Shown one piece after another: positions 1-10,253 of a stretch of DNA of 64,000 nucleotides. Below the pieces are notes generated by a model. That model did not search any database. It worked only from the letters and a program-made list of their open reading frames with translations, and was not told the DNA's origin. Source of the stretch: Candidatus Omnitrophota bacterium (GTDB taxonomy: Bacteria > Omnitrophota > Gorgyraeia > Gorgyraeales > Gorgyraeaceae); the NCBI GenBank assembly GCA_043822665.1, contig JBDRBM010000050.1:22038-86037 (forward strand). Reading direction: 5' to 3'. The position numbers were made by a program, and so were the translations under genes. The stretch's first letter is position 1, and the number at the start of each line of letters is the position of its first letter.

Positions 1-1418
1 CAAACGAACTAATAGCGCCTATTGAAAAAATAGTCTCGGAGATCCCGCCTGATGAAATGGAGGCCTTCGTGACATCTGTGGGCAATATAGCGGAAGACCG
101 CCATGACCCGTTTGCCGGACAAGCAAGCCATCTTGTCCAGGTATCAGTGTATCTGGTTCCTGAACAGGACAGAAAAAGGAATGTAGACGAGATCATTGCC
201 GAAGTCAGGGAAAAGGCAAAAGACGTCAAAGGTTTTACAGAACTAAGGTTTGATAAGCCTCAATCAGGTCCACCTGTAGGTAAGGCTGTAGAGGCCAGGA
301 TACGCGGGGAAAAATTCGAGACCCTTGATGTCATCTCGGGCGAATATATGGATTATCTGAAAACAATAGACGGCACAACTGACATAACATGGGACCATAA
401 ACCAGGCAAGGAAGAGATACGCGTAAAAGTGGACAATAATAAGGCGGCCCTTGCCGGGCTTGACGTAGCGCGGATAGCAAAAACTGTCAGGGCAGTCTTT
501 GAGGGCTCTATAGCCACCAAGATAAAACCGGTAAAGGCGGAAGAAGAAACAGACGTCACAGTAATGTTCCCTGAATATGCCTCAAAGGATATTTCGGTTT
601 TTGAAGATATCCTGGTACAAAATAAGTTTGGCAGCCTTATACCCATTAAAAACGTCGCCGCCATAGAAAAGGTGCCAGGCACCACCACTATACATCACCT
701 GGACGGAAAACGCGTAGTTACAGCCTCATGTAACGTAGATACCGATAAGACCACCTCTTTAAAAGTCAATAAGCTCCTTGAGAAAAAATTCAAAGATCTT
801 TCGCGCGGATATATAGGATATTCGGTAAAATACGGCGGGGAACAGGAAGAGACAATGGATTCCCTGAAGAGTTTGTTAAAGGCGTTTATTTACGCATTCC
901 TGATCATATACCTTATATTGGCCTCTACTTTTAAATCTATTATACAGCCGTTTATAATAATGCTGGCGATTCCCTTCGGCCTCATAGGGGTCGTTATAGC
1001 ATTTTTCCTACACGGTCTGCCGTTTTCTTTTATGGCAATCCTTGGCATTGTCGGGCTTAACGGAATCGTCGTTAACGATTCTATCGTGCTCGTAGATTTT
1101 ATAAATAAGCTCCGCTCTGAAGGCATGGAAAGGCGGGCATCGATAATCAAGGCCGGACAGATGAGGCTACGGCCTGTCCTTCTGACCACTATCACGACGG
1201 CAGGCGGGCTAATGACAGTCGCCTACGGAATAGGCGGCAAAGACCCATTCCTGGTGCCAATGGCGCTTGCTATATGCTGGGGGATTTTATTCGCGACACT
1301 GCTTACTCTCATAGTCATACCCTGTATCTATTCAATAGTAGATGACGTAGCCCTAAAATTGACAAAACATTCGAGTATGATCAGGATTGCCAAGGTAAAC
1401 AATAACAACCACGGGTAG
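1..1418 (+). CDS. RND (AcrB/CusA-family) efflux permease, 5'-truncated by window edge
   Basis: C-terminal RND motifs: GIVVNDSIVLVD, RLRPVLLTTITT, PMALAICWG; several TM helices; frame open from the window start. Confidence 0.9.
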   Translation, partial: NELIAPIEKIVSEIPPDEMEAFVTSVGNIAEDRHDPFAGQASHLVQVSVYLVPEQDRKRNVDEIIAEVREKAKDVKGFTELRFDKPQSGPPVGKAVEARIRGEKFETLDVISGEYMDYLKTIDGTTDITWDHKPGKEEIRVKVDNNKAALAGLDVARIAKTVRAVFEGSIATKIKPVKAEEETDVTVMFPEYASKDISVFEDILVQNKFGSLIPIKNVAAIEKVPGTTTIHHLDGKRVVTASCNVDTDKTTSLKVNKLLEKKFKDLSRGYIGYSVKYGGEQEETMDSLKSLLKAFIYAFLIIYLILASTFKSIIQPFIIMLAIPFGLIGVVIAFFLHGLPFSFMAILGIVGLNGIVVNDSIVLVDFINKLRSEGMERRASIIKAGQMRLRPVLLTTITTAGGLMTVAYGIGGKDPFLVPMALAICWGILFATLLTLIVIPCIYSIVDDVALKLTKHSSMIRIAKVNNNNHG

Positions 1419-1424
1419 GTTTTG

Positions 1425-1829
1425 TTATATATTATCTGAAACAGAATCAATGACTTGTTCTTCCGCGAAGATAGGCGCATCAGCGCGTATTGCCAGCGCA
1501 ATGCTATCGCTTGGACGGGCATCTATTTCTTCTAATCTGCCGTTTACCTGCAGAATCAACTTAGCAAAAAACGTATTATTCTCCAGCTTTGTAATAATAA
1601 CCTTGTCCAGCCTGGCCCCCACTTGATTCATAATAGCATACAGAAGGTCATGAGTCATAGGCCTTGGCGGGGTAACGCCGCTTATCTTCATCTTTATGGC
1701 AGTTACTTCCATGATACCTATGACGATAGGCAAGAATCTGTTTCCATCCTTTTCCTTAAGGACGATAACCTGCTCTCCCCTATTTTCGTCTATCCTGATT
1801 TTATTTAATTCCATCTCAACCATAGCCAT
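1425..1829 (-). CDS. Bifunctional nuclease family protein (DUF151)
   Basis: LPIVIG, RPMTHDL, DARPSDSIALA motifs. Confidence 0.9.
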   Translation of the reverse strand: MAMVEMELNKIRIDENRGEQVIVLKEKDGNRFLPIVIGIMEVTAIKMKISGVTPPRPMTHDLLYAIMNQVGARLDKVIITKLENNTFFAKLILQVNGRLEEIDARPSDSIALAIRADAPIFAEEQVIDSVSDNI

Positions 1830-1887
1830 AATTAAAACAAGATTATCACACGCCTTTTATATTGTCAATAACTTTACATTTCTTAGC

Positions 1888-1949
1888 TAAGCAGCATAAG
1901 ATGCTGCGACTACATTTTAGGCTGCAGTTGCAGCGCCTTGCGCTGCTTA
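1888..1949. repeat. REPIN-like doublet, family A (two inverted GTAG-type REPs)
   Basis: TAAGCAGCATAAGATGCTGCGACTACA-ttttaggc-TGCAGTTGCAGCGCCTTGCGCTGCTTA; near-identical copies at 14784-14844 and 53992-54043. Confidence 0.8.
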
Positions 1950-1981
1950 TTCCATACAACAAGTTAAGCAAATTGCATGTC

Positions 1982-2431
1982 TTAAGCGGGGGTTAAATGT
2001 AAAATTATCTCACCAACTGCCTTTTTGACTTCCTCGCTAAGGCCCTCGCCTAATTTATTGGACTTTGGATGTATACCAAGGATATAGATATCAGCCCTTA
2101 TTGATTCCTTCAGGTATTGTATCAGAAGCTTGGGCGAGACATCATGCGTGGATATCTTGCCCGAGCGAAGGTCTTCGCCCGAAAATAATCTTACATCCCC
2201 TGGTTTACCCTCAAACAATACAGCATCTATTATAATAATAGTATCCGGCTCTGATTTTATTATAATACCTGTGTAATTTTCAGGTGTCATGCCGGCATCT
2301 ATGACTTCATAATCACTACTTTCTTTTATAGCGTTGGCAATAGCCGGGCCCGCGCCATCATCTCCCCTGTCAGGATTCCCAAGGCAGAGGATTATGGTTT
2401 TACCTTTTAAAATACTTCGAATATCAATCAT
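1982..2431 (-). CDS. hycI: Hydrogenase maturation endopeptidase (HycI-like)
   Basis: GNPDRGDDGAG, TPEN, IIDAV, STH motifs; last gene of the hydrogenase operon. Confidence 0.88.
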   Translation of the reverse strand: MIDIRSILKGKTIILCLGNPDRGDDGAGPAIANAIKESSDYEVIDAGMTPENYTGIIIKSEPDTIIIIDAVLFEGKPGDVRLFSGEDLRSGKISTHDVSPKLLIQYLKESIRADIYILGIHPKSNKLGEGLSEEVKKAVGEIILHLTPA

Positions 2432-2480
2432 AGCCTTCAGCCTTCAGCCTTCAGCAACTGACAACTGAAAGCTGATAGCT
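2432..2480. repeat. Inverted pair of heptamer tandem arrays
   Basis: (AGCCTTC)x3 followed by AACTGAC AACTGAA AGCTGAT AGCT; fills the intergenic gap. Confidence 0.8.
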
Positions 2481-2482
2481 TA

Positions 2483-3082
2483 TTATGTGTTAAGAGTAAT
2501 TTCTCTTCTACACTTTGGACAGAGGATATTTATACGATCCTGGCGGGTAAGTTCTTTTGGCCTTTCTATCTTAAGATATGCCAATTTAAGGTCTTTTAAC
2601 GCGGATAAATAAGATGTGGGGCTGGAATAGGCTAACGGCCCAAGTTTTTTCGCAACCCATATAAGATGGTCTTTGGCCCCTACAAGGCATCCGCACCCCT
2701 CACACAAAACAAGTTCCTTTTCTACTGATTCTATTGCCTCATTTCTATCAAATACAGCGAGATCAAACTTATTGGACAGCTTTATACCTTCCTGCGTAAT
2801 GCAAGCTGCCTGGCACTGACCGCAGAATATACAACTATCCAAATGAAGCTCCAACTTTCTGGAAGGCTTCTCAGATTCAACAGAATCAGTGACCTTAATG
2901 CATTGCGCCGGACAGACTTCACTGCATGCGGCGCATCCCACGCAACCGTCTTTGTTATATTCCGGCTTTCCCCTGAAGCGTTTCTCAGGTGTATGCGGCT
3001 TAAAAGGATAACCCGAGGTATAAGGCCTGCTGATCAGTGATTTTACTGCTTCTATTAATTCTCGTATTTTAGGGTATCGCAT
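2483..3082 (-). CDS. 2x[4Fe-4S] subunit of membrane-bound hydrogenase (NuoI/HycF/MbhN-like)
   Basis: FRGKP, CVGCAACSEVCP, CIFCGQCQAAC plus extra CxxC pairs; start taken at MRYPK. Confidence 0.88.
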   Translation of the reverse strand: MRYPKIRELIEAVKSLISRPYTSGYPFKPHTPEKRFRGKPEYNKDGCVGCAACSEVCPAQCIKVTDSVESEKPSRKLELHLDSCIFCGQCQAACITQEGIKLSNKFDLAVFDRNEAIESVEKELVLCEGCGCLVGAKDHLIWVAKKLGPLAYSSPTSYLSALKDLKLAYLKIERPKELTRQDRINILCPKCRREITLNT

Positions 3083-3142
3083 ATGGTTTTGGCACACTAA
3101 AGTGTGCCCTACGCATTTGTCGCAAAGGCCTTCATAAGCGCC

Positions 3143-3176
3143 TTCTGTAGGGGAGGCTTAAGCCTCCCCTACAGAA
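3143..3176. repeat. Perfect GTAG-type palindrome (family B)
   Basis: TTCTGTAGGGGAGGCTTAAGCCTCCCCTACAGAA; a single REP-like GGCACACTAAAGTGTGCCCTAC lies at 3091-3112. Confidence 0.8.
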
Positions 3177-3195
3177 TACATTATAGCCTTTGCCT

Positions 3196-3522
3196 TTATT
3201 TACCATCTTCCCCATACTTGTCTACTACGCTCTTTTCCCACAGCTTTACGCCTGATTTATAGGCGCCCCGCGCAAGGGCATGCGCAGATACAGGAGACGT
3301 CAATATAAGAAACAACATGCACAAAAGCGCCTTTATGCCTATAGCTGTAATCCCATGAATAAGAAAGGCTCCAAAAAGTATACTGCATGTGCCAAGCGTT
3401 ATGCATTTTGTAGATGCCTGCAGCCTATTATAGACATCAGGAAGCCTTACCAGGCCCAGGCATCCTATAAAATCAAAGAAAAGCCCTATAGATATAAAAA
3501 TAATGCCGATTGTATTAATCAT
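3196..3522 (-). CDS. mrpG: Na+/H+ antiporter subunit G
   Basis: RLPDVYNRLQASTK, TSPVSAHALAR. Confidence 0.9.
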   Translation of the reverse strand: MINTIGIIFISIGLFFDFIGCLGLVRLPDVYNRLQASTKCITLGTCSILFGAFLIHGITAIGIKALLCMLFLILTSPVSAHALARGAYKSGVKLWEKSVVDKYGEDGK

Positions 3523-3889
3523 CCAATGATTTTCCCTCTAAAAATTTTGCCAAAGCAAGTGTGGCTATGAAACTTTGCAGTGCCCAGGCAATAGCTATAT
3601 CTATATACCAGCTTCTGTTAGTGGAAATCCCTGTTATAACACAGAAGCCGACTATCAGCACACCCAGCATGTCAAGCGTAACCGCCCTGTCAGCCGCGGT
3701 CGGACCCCTGGCAATTCTGTAAAGACACAATCCGCATGAGAATAAAAGTATAAAAAAAGCCCTTTTTAAAAACCCCGTGTAAGGCAGGCCCTTATAAAAA
3801 AGTATCGGCAGCGGATAAAATAATATCACTCCCAGAATACCCAATATAAAAACAGCCCCTATAATGTAACGCCGCCTATTCTTTTTCAT
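3515..3889 (-). CDS. mrpF: Na+/H+ antiporter subunit F (with extra N-terminal TM segment)
   Basis: GPTAADRAVTLD, FIATLALAKFLE. Confidence 0.85.
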   Translation of the reverse strand: MKKNRRRYIIGAVFILGILGVILFYPLPILFYKGLPYTGFLKRAFFILLFSCGLCLYRIARGPTAADRAVTLDMLGVLIVGFCVITGISTNRSWYIDIAIAWALQSFIATLALAKFLEGKSLDD

Positions 3890-4383
3890 TCCTCAAATAT
3901 CCTTTTAAGTATCTTCTCGAATTTCTCGACTATAGCCTTTGTCGCCTTCTCTATGTCCTTGTGCTTCACCTCAATCCAATGAATATAAAGGTATCCATTT
4001 TCTTTATCCACATCAACGGTTAATGTGCCGGGTGTAAGCGTTATTGAATTCGATAGAAATGTAAGCGCTGTCTCGGATTTAAGGATTGTCTTTACCTTTA
4101 CTATACCAGGGTGTATAGGTAAATCAGGGTGTATTACCCTGTATGCCACATCAATATTTGCCTTAAAGCACTCCCATAAAAAAACAGGGACATAATATAA
4201 AAACCACAGGTAGCGCATGGGGTGCGTAAATAGATGCGTCCTTTTTACAAAGAAATCCCCTGTCATATACGCGACAAATGCCGACACAATTATGCCTATG
4301 AATATGTGCTGCCAGTCAAACGCCCAACTCAACAATAACCATGTTATAAATCCCAGTATAAATAAAGTAATTCTACTAATCAT
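3886..4383 (-). CDS. mrpE: Na+/H+ antiporter subunit E
   Basis: NSITLTPGTLTVD, LYIHW. Confidence 0.9.
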   Translation of the reverse strand: MISRITLFILGFITWLLLSWAFDWQHIFIGIIVSAFVAYMTGDFFVKRTHLFTHPMRYLWFLYYVPVFLWECFKANIDVAYRVIHPDLPIHPGIVKVKTILKSETALTFLSNSITLTPGTLTVDVDKENGYLYIHWIEVKHKDIEKATKAIVEKFEKILKRIFEE

Positions 4384-4391
4384 TATTTAAT

Positions 4392-5888
4392 TTACCTTAT
4401 AGCCACGAATGCGGCCTTTGCGTAATCCTTACCCGCTAAAATCGCGTCCATGGCTGGACCAAGAAAACTTTCACGAATCCCCGGCAGTAAAAGTAACCCT
4501 CCTGCCAAACAGGCAGCAGCCAGTAATACCATTGACAATTTCATGAAAAATGGGCATTCTTTTATATTACTTAACTCTTTTTTTAATTCGCCGAAAAAGG
4601 CATATCTCTGGACTTTCATAAAATAAGCTAAGGTTAGCACGCTTGTCAAAACTGCCAATACAGCATACACAAAGTGTTGCGCCTGGATGCACGCTACTAT
4701 TATTATCAGCTTGCTCCAGAAACCATTAAAAGGCGGTATGCCGGCTATGGACATGGAACCTATTAAAGAGGTGGCAGATGTAACAGGCATCCTTTCTTTT
4801 AACCCGCCCATCTTCTGCAAATCTCTTGTGCCTGTAGCATACTCAACTGCTCCTGAATTTAAGAATAAGAGCGACTTAAACACAGAATGGTTTAATAAAT
4901 GAAAAAAACCTCCGAGGATCCCTAGTGGAGTGCCAAGGCCAATCCCAAGTATTACATACCCAATTTGACTAATAGAGCTATATGCTAAAAGTCTTTTGAA
5001 ATCCCATTGTCCAAGCGCAAGACACCCCCCAACAATCATTGATAAAGCGCCCAACAGCATTAGGGCATTTAATATCTGAGGTGTCGTGCCAAAAACACTG
5101 AAGAATATCCTTATCATTGCATAAACACCAAGGGACTTTATAAGAACTCCTGAAAGCATGGCTGAGATAGGGGCTGGAGCGGACGGATGGGCGTCGGGGA
5201 GCCATGCGTGAAACGGGACAAGCGCTGACTTTAGGCCAAATCCCATCAAGAAAAAGACGCTCACGAGCATTATTATACGCGGGCTCCCGCCTTTTGCGAT
5301 CTCCAACGACATGTCAGCCATATTTAAGGTAGAAGTAACGCTATATAAAAATACTATTCCTAAAAGTATAAACGAAGACGCCAGTGTTCCCATTACAGCG
5401 TATTTAAACGCTGCCTCAAGTTCTTCGTGCTCTGTGCCAAATGCGACCAGCGCATAGCTTGAAATAGCGGCTATTTCAAGAAATACATAAAGATTGAATA
5501 AATCTCCACTTATTATGACACCGTTCAGGCCGGCCACCATCAATAAGAACAGGCAATAGAAGACCCATTTTTCAGTGTATCTTTCCATGTAATCTATTGA
5601 ATATACGCTTATAAGAAACGCGATAATATTGACTGTAACCGCCATGAAGATAGTTAATCCGTCCATTACCATTGAAATGCCTATTGGCGGCGCCCACCCT
5701 CCCACTTTATACACTATCATGCCTGTCTCTTTAAAAAACAGCACATAGTATATTGAGAGGCAGGCAAGCGAAAAAGTAGCCGCGGCTGAAAGGATATCGG
5801 AAAATCCCTTTACCCTTTTCCCGAAAAGAGAATTTATAAACGCGGCGCCTAACGGAATTGCTACAAATAAAGGTAATAGTTTATGCAT
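4392..5888 (-). CDS. mrpD: Na+/H+ antiporter subunit D / MbhH-like
   Basis: GDLFNLYVFLE, PFHAWLPDAHPSAP, KRLLAYSS, GIPPFNGFWSK. Confidence 0.9.
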   Translation of the reverse strand: MHKLLPLFVAIPLGAAFINSLFGKRVKGFSDILSAAATFSLACLSIYYVLFFKETGMIVYKVGGWAPPIGISMVMDGLTIFMAVTVNIIAFLISVYSIDYMERYTEKWVFYCLFLLMVAGLNGVIISGDLFNLYVFLEIAAISSYALVAFGTEHEELEAAFKYAVMGTLASSFILLGIVFLYSVTSTLNMADMSLEIAKGGSPRIIMLVSVFFLMGFGLKSALVPFHAWLPDAHPSAPAPISAMLSGVLIKSLGVYAMIRIFFSVFGTTPQILNALMLLGALSMIVGGCLALGQWDFKRLLAYSSISQIGYVILGIGLGTPLGILGGFFHLLNHSVFKSLLFLNSGAVEYATGTRDLQKMGGLKERMPVTSATSLIGSMSIAGIPPFNGFWSKLIIIVACIQAQHFVYAVLAVLTSVLTLAYFMKVQRYAFFGELKKELSNIKECPFFMKLSMVLLAAACLAGGLLLLPGIRESFLGPAMDAILAGKDYAKAAFVAIR

Positions 5889-5896
5889 TATGTTCT

Positions 5897-5934
5897 CGTG
5901 TACCGTGTATCGTGTACCGTATATCGGGTATCGT
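5897..5934. repeat. Heptamer tandem array (CGTGTAY)x5
   Basis: CGTGTAC CGTGTAT CGTGTAC CGTATAT CGGGTAT between mrpC and mrpD. Confidence 0.8.
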
Positions 5935-5945
5935 TCATATAAAAA

Positions 5946-6284
5946 CTACCCTTTTAAGCTACGTATCTTCGTTATATCAAAGGTGCCGTATTTTTCATAC
6001 ACCCTCATGGCTATGGCCGCAATCAGGGCAGTAACCGCCAGGCCTATGACTATAGCGGTAAGGACAAGCGCCTGAGGTAATGGATCAACCATATCAAGTA
6101 TGGTCTGGTCAGGAGAATGTATCGGCGCTCGGCCGCCTATCTTATAGCCAATCAAAATAAAGAATAGATTTACGGCATACTCCATAACAGTTATGCCTAT
6201 AATAATCTTTATAAGATTCCTTTTTCTAACTATACAATATAGCCCTATGCAAAAAAGCACAAGGCACAAAAAATAGACTGTCAT
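5946..6284 (-). CDS. mrpC: Na+/H+ antiporter subunit C
   Basis: DPLPQALVLTAIVIG signature. Confidence 0.92.
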   Translation of the reverse strand: MTVYFLCLVLFCIGLYCIVRKRNLIKIIIGITVMEYAVNLFFILIGYKIGGRAPIHSPDQTILDMVDPLPQALVLTAIVIGLAVTALIAAIAMRVYEKYGTFDITKIRSLKG

Positions 6285-6733
6285 TTTTTCTCGTCCTTTT
6301 TAGCAATCTTAAATAACACCAGCATTACAACGATAATAAAAAGTCCGGATCCTACTTTAAAACTTATGGCAATGTTGTATAAAGGTATAAGGCCCGAGCT
6401 GAATAGCTTAAAAGGCTCACCTTTTGATAGAAAATTCAAAAAGAAATACCCGCCGGCAATACCGAGAAGAGCTAATGTTATAAAAATTATAGCGCCTATA
6501 TTTTCAAAGAAAGAAGCAACGCCTTGGTTTATCTTCTTAAAGGCATCTTCTTTGCCAAAGGCCAGCATTATGTGGATAAACGAAAGCGCGATAATCACAC
6601 CCCCCGCAAAACCTCCTCCAGGGCTTAAGTGGCCATGAGCGACAATATAGATACCGAATAAGAGTATCAGGCCTACTGTAAGCCGAGTGATTGTCTTTAC
6701 TATTATTGTCATGCCTTTCTCCTGCTCTCTCAT
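6281..6733 (-). CDS. mrpB: MnhB-domain antiporter subunit
   Basis: HGHLSPGGGFAGG signature. Confidence 0.9.
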   Translation of the reverse strand: MREQEKGMTIIVKTITRLTVGLILLFGIYIVAHGHLSPGGGFAGGVIIALSFIHIMLAFGKEDAFKKINQGVASFFENIGAIIFITLALLGIAGGYFFLNFLSKGEPFKLFSSGLIPLYNIAISFKVGSGLFIIVVMLVLFKIAKKDEKK

Positions 6734-7248
6734 TTTTTCCTGCCTATCTTTCTCATGACTGCCACTACACCCATTACAGCTGTAAATAATATAGTTGCCT
6801 CTCCAAGTGTATCATATGCCCTGTAATCCAAAACTATAGATGTTATCAGATTTGCGGCGCCTGTTTCCTTTAGGCCCTGGCCCACAAAATGCTGGGCAAT
6901 TTTCATTATAGGACTGCCGAACTGGGGCAAGTCCCTCATGCAATAATAACCAAACCCTATAAATACCGCGAGGAAAATAAAAGTAATGAGCGTATTAAAA
7001 AACCACCTTCCGCTTGTCGAGAATGGCAAGTCCTTCCTTATGGTAGCTCTTATAAGGATTATAACACAGAGTATTTCTACTACGAGCTGGGCTATCGCGA
7101 GATCAGGGGCCTTAAGTATCAAAAACGCCAGGGACAAGCCAAGGCCTACTACCCCTACAGCAATAACAGAAGACAAAAGATCTTTTGTCTTTACTGCTAT
7201 AAGAGCACCTATAATCATGAATATTAAAAGAACTTGCAGTTCAATCAT
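6730..7248 (-). CDS. MrpA C-terminal-like subunit (DUF4040, MbhD+MbhE-like)
   Basis: APDLAIAQLVVE and NLITSIVLDYRAYDTLGE motifs. Confidence 0.85.
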   Translation of the reverse strand: MIELQVLLIFMIIGALIAVKTKDLLSSVIAVGVVGLGLSLAFLILKAPDLAIAQLVVEILCVIILIRATIRKDLPFSTSGRWFFNTLITFIFLAVFIGFGYYCMRDLPQFGSPIMKIAQHFVGQGLKETGAANLITSIVLDYRAYDTLGEATILFTAVMGVVAVMRKIGRKK

Positions 7249-7252
7249 CTAC

Positions 7253-9055
7253 TTACCTCACGAAACTAAAAAGAAAAACCATCATGCCCAATAAGCACCA
7301 TACAAGATACGTAGGCAATACGCCGTTATGTAAATACTGGAATATGCCTATAAAGAAAAATACGAGTTTCTTGCCCTGCTCGTATATATCGAATGCCTTG
7401 TTCTCTGCCTTTTTATATAACCTTTTTATTAAAGGCATCTCTTCTATTGCCCTATAGAATTCTGTGCCGGAAAGTCTCATGTCACTATCAAGTTCTTCCC
7501 CGCCAATATAAGAACCCGTCTCTCTTATGCCTTTAAGATTACCCGCGAGATATATCAAAAGACCTATGCCAAGGCCTATTATTAAAAACACGGCGGCCTT
7601 TAAAGAAGGCCACATTCCGATAAAGGCAAAGTTTACTCCTCCCTCAGGCAGTGAGGGTATTATAAAATATTTCAAAGGAATAGTATACGCTAATACTCCA
7701 AAGACTATACAAAACCCCGCAAGTATCATCGGTGGAAGCCACATGGGCCAGGAGACATCTTTCTTCGATGCTTGATGCTCGATATTCGATGATTGTTTGC
7801 CTAAAAATATTGCGTGAATCAACTTGATAAACGACGCCAGCGTCAGGCCGCTTCCAAACATTGCCGCAACAAGACAAAAGATCCACAACACCCCTCCCGA
7901 CTTAGCCTTTTCCACCAGCCCCTGATAAACCATCCATTTTGAAAAGAAACCATTGAACGGCGGAATGCCTGATATAGATAAGGAAGCTATTAAAGTAGCT
8001 AAAAATGTCAGAGGCATTACTTTTGCCAACCCTCCGAGTGAATCCAGCTCCGAAGTCTTGGTCCTAAATTCCACATTCCCTCCTGACATAAACAGGCAGC
8101 ATTTATATATCGCATTATTAAGCATATGAAACAGCCCGCCCGCGATACCTATAGGATTACCTGTGCCAATGCCAAGCACCATATAACCTACCTGGCTTAC
8201 CGCATGATAACCTAATAATTTCTTAAAATCATGCTGGACGAGCGCCATCATTACAGCGGCTATTATTGTCACAGCGCCTATTACCATCAGAAGCGCGCAT
8301 GTGAAGCTATTCAATATAAATACATTCAATACCAACCTCGCTAAAAGATAGATGCCGAGTAATTTATCAAGACTGGCAGGCAGAAATGCGGTAACAGGTA
8401 TAGGCGCCTCTTTTGCTGTGTCAGGTATCCAAGTATGAAAGGGCATTGCGCCTGCCTTTGCAAACGCGCCAATGGCTATTAATAAAAACGCCCAGAACGT
8501 TATAGGGCTATCTATGACTATCTTTATATTGCTTAAATTCAAATCTCCCGTGATAAGCCAGACCAGGGCAAAGCCAAAAATCATCAAACTGTCGGAGCCG
8601 CCTATAATAATAAAGGTCTTTTTGCTCACGCCTGCGGCTTTGGATCCCCCTGCGTTAATCAACATGTAAAGCGTAAAACCCAGGAACCCCCAGGCCACTA
8701 TTAAAAGTACAATGTTATTCGAGATAGCGGCTAATATTGAAAATCCTATAGTCCATATAATATACGCGTAATATGAACGAAATTCTCTATAATAGGCCAT
8801 AAAGCGCCATGAATACAAAGTAACCAGGGCGCCAAAAAGCCCGATTGCCAGGACTATAAACCTGGAAAGTCCGTCCGCGTAAAGGTAATTCGCGTTGATC
8901 GGCGAATTAATAAATATCCTAACGCATCCGGCTAATAAATACAGCGCCGTAAGAAGGCTGAATGTCTCTACGATCTTTCTGAACCTCTTTGGAATCAAAA
9001 AGATTAAAATACCCGCTAATATCGAAATTAATATTGGTTGCAGTAATATTTTCAT
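7253..9055 (-). CDS. Antiporter-like proton-translocating subunit (NuoL/HyfB/MrpA-like)
   Basis: PFHTWIPD, KKLLGYHAVSQVG, GIPPFNGFFSKW; many TM helices. Confidence 0.88.
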   Translation of the reverse strand: MKILLQPILISILAGILIFLIPKRFRKIVETFSLLTALYLLAGCVRIFINSPINANYLYADGLSRFIVLAIGLFGALVTLYSWRFMAYYREFRSYYAYIIWTIGFSILAAISNNIVLLIVAWGFLGFTLYMLINAGGSKAAGVSKKTFIIIGGSDSLMIFGFALVWLITGDLNLSNIKIVIDSPITFWAFLLIAIGAFAKAGAMPFHTWIPDTAKEAPIPVTAFLPASLDKLLGIYLLARLVLNVFILNSFTCALLMVIGAVTIIAAVMMALVQHDFKKLLGYHAVSQVGYMVLGIGTGNPIGIAGGLFHMLNNAIYKCCLFMSGGNVEFRTKTSELDSLGGLAKVMPLTFLATLIASLSISGIPPFNGFFSKWMVYQGLVEKAKSGGVLWIFCLVAAMFGSGLTLASFIKLIHAIFLGKQSSNIEHQASKKDVSWPMWLPPMILAGFCIVFGVLAYTIPLKYFIIPSLPEGGVNFAFIGMWPSLKAAVFLIIGLGIGLLIYLAGNLKGIRETGSYIGGEELDSDMRLSGTEFYRAIEEMPLIKRLYKKAENKAFDIYEQGKKLVFFFIGIFQYLHNGVLPTYLVWCLLGMMVFLFSFVR

Positions 9056-10248
9056 TATATTTTATTTTTTGCGCTTCCTTGTCTCAATCTTTCTGTTTTC
9101 TCCTGCGAAAGACGTATCAAATCCTGGCCATCCATGACCTTTTTGCCGGTATTACAATCTACGACTGCCATGCGTTCAGTACAGCAATAGCACGGGTCAA
9201 CAGCGGCAAGTATTATTGTCGCGTCAGAAATAGTTCCCCCTATTACCGCTTTTTTATTGGATGCTATATTTACATAGCTCGGTGCCCTGACTTTATGCCT
9301 CGCGGGGCTATTACCGCCATCTGACATTACATAATGAAACACCTCTCCTCTTGGCGCCTCATGCCTGCCTATGCCCTCTCCTGGAGGCATATCCTTTATA
9401 TTAAGGTCTATGGGCCCTTTTGGCATCTTATCAAGGCATTGCAATATTATATTGGCGGATTCATAGAGCTCTAATATCCTGACAACCGCCTTTGCGAATA
9501 CGTCTCCGCCTTCCTGTGTGATAACCTTCCATTCTACTTTGTCGTATGCCGCATATGGGTCGTCTTTTCTTACATCTATCATGACGCCGGATGCCCTTGC
9601 GGTAGGGCCTACGCACGCGTAATCATGGACGTCTTGCCTTGTTAATACTCCTACGCCCTCTGTTCTTGCCCTTATCACAGGATCATCTATAACAGCGCCT
9701 TTAAACATGTCAAACTTAGGTATCAGATCCTTTAATGTCTTTTTTATCCATGGGAAATCCGCCTCATCAAGGTCCCTTCTTACTCCGCCTGGTTTAAACA
9801 TAGCATAGTGATTTCTGTTTCCGGAAATTCTTTCAAATATATCTAGTATAGGTTCCCTATATCTCCATGCCCACATCCATACAGTATTATATCCCAAAAA
9901 ATGCCCGGCAAGCCCGAGCCATAGAAGATGGCTGTGTATCCTTTCAAGTTCTCCGATTATGGTCCGTATATAAAGCGCCCTTTCAGGCACTTCCATGCCT
10001 AAAATATCATCTATCGCATTAGTGTAGGCAAAGGGGTGTGATGTTGAGCATATACCGCAAATCCTTTCAACAAGAAACGTCACCTGGTCATAGCTTTTTG
10101 ACTCGGCTATCTTTTCTATCATCCTGTGGTTATACCCGATCTCTATGTCGATATCAACAACTGTCTCGCCGTCCACATGCAACCTGAAAAACTCAGGTTC
10201 TTCCTGCAGCGGGTGATATGGCCCTATTGGTATAATTTTATCTGACAT
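9055..10248 (-). CDS. Group 4 [NiFe]-hydrogenase large subunit
   Basis: L1 ERICGICS and L2 DPCYCCTER with both CxxC intact; HEAPRGE; 38-aa extension after the Arg cleavage site. Confidence 0.93.
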   Translation of the reverse strand: MSDKIIPIGPYHPLQEEPEFFRLHVDGETVVDIDIEIGYNHRMIEKIAESKSYDQVTFLVERICGICSTSHPFAYTNAIDDILGMEVPERALYIRTIIGELERIHSHLLWLGLAGHFLGYNTVWMWAWRYREPILDIFERISGNRNHYAMFKPGGVRRDLDEADFPWIKKTLKDLIPKFDMFKGAVIDDPVIRARTEGVGVLTRQDVHDYACVGPTARASGVMIDVRKDDPYAAYDKVEWKVITQEGGDVFAKAVVRILELYESANIILQCLDKMPKGPIDLNIKDMPPGEGIGRHEAPRGEVFHYVMSDGGNSPARHKVRAPSYVNIASNKKAVIGGTISDATIILAAVDPCYCCTERMAVVDCNTGKKVMDGQDLIRLSQEKTERLRQGSAKNKI

Positions 10249-10253
10249 AACGT

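Noticed and set aside
9055-10248. Mbx/Mbs sulfane reductase or complex I NuoD
   Set aside because: All four Ni-ligating cysteines, a cleavable C-terminal extension, a maturation protease and hyp genes indicate a true [NiFe]-hydrogenase
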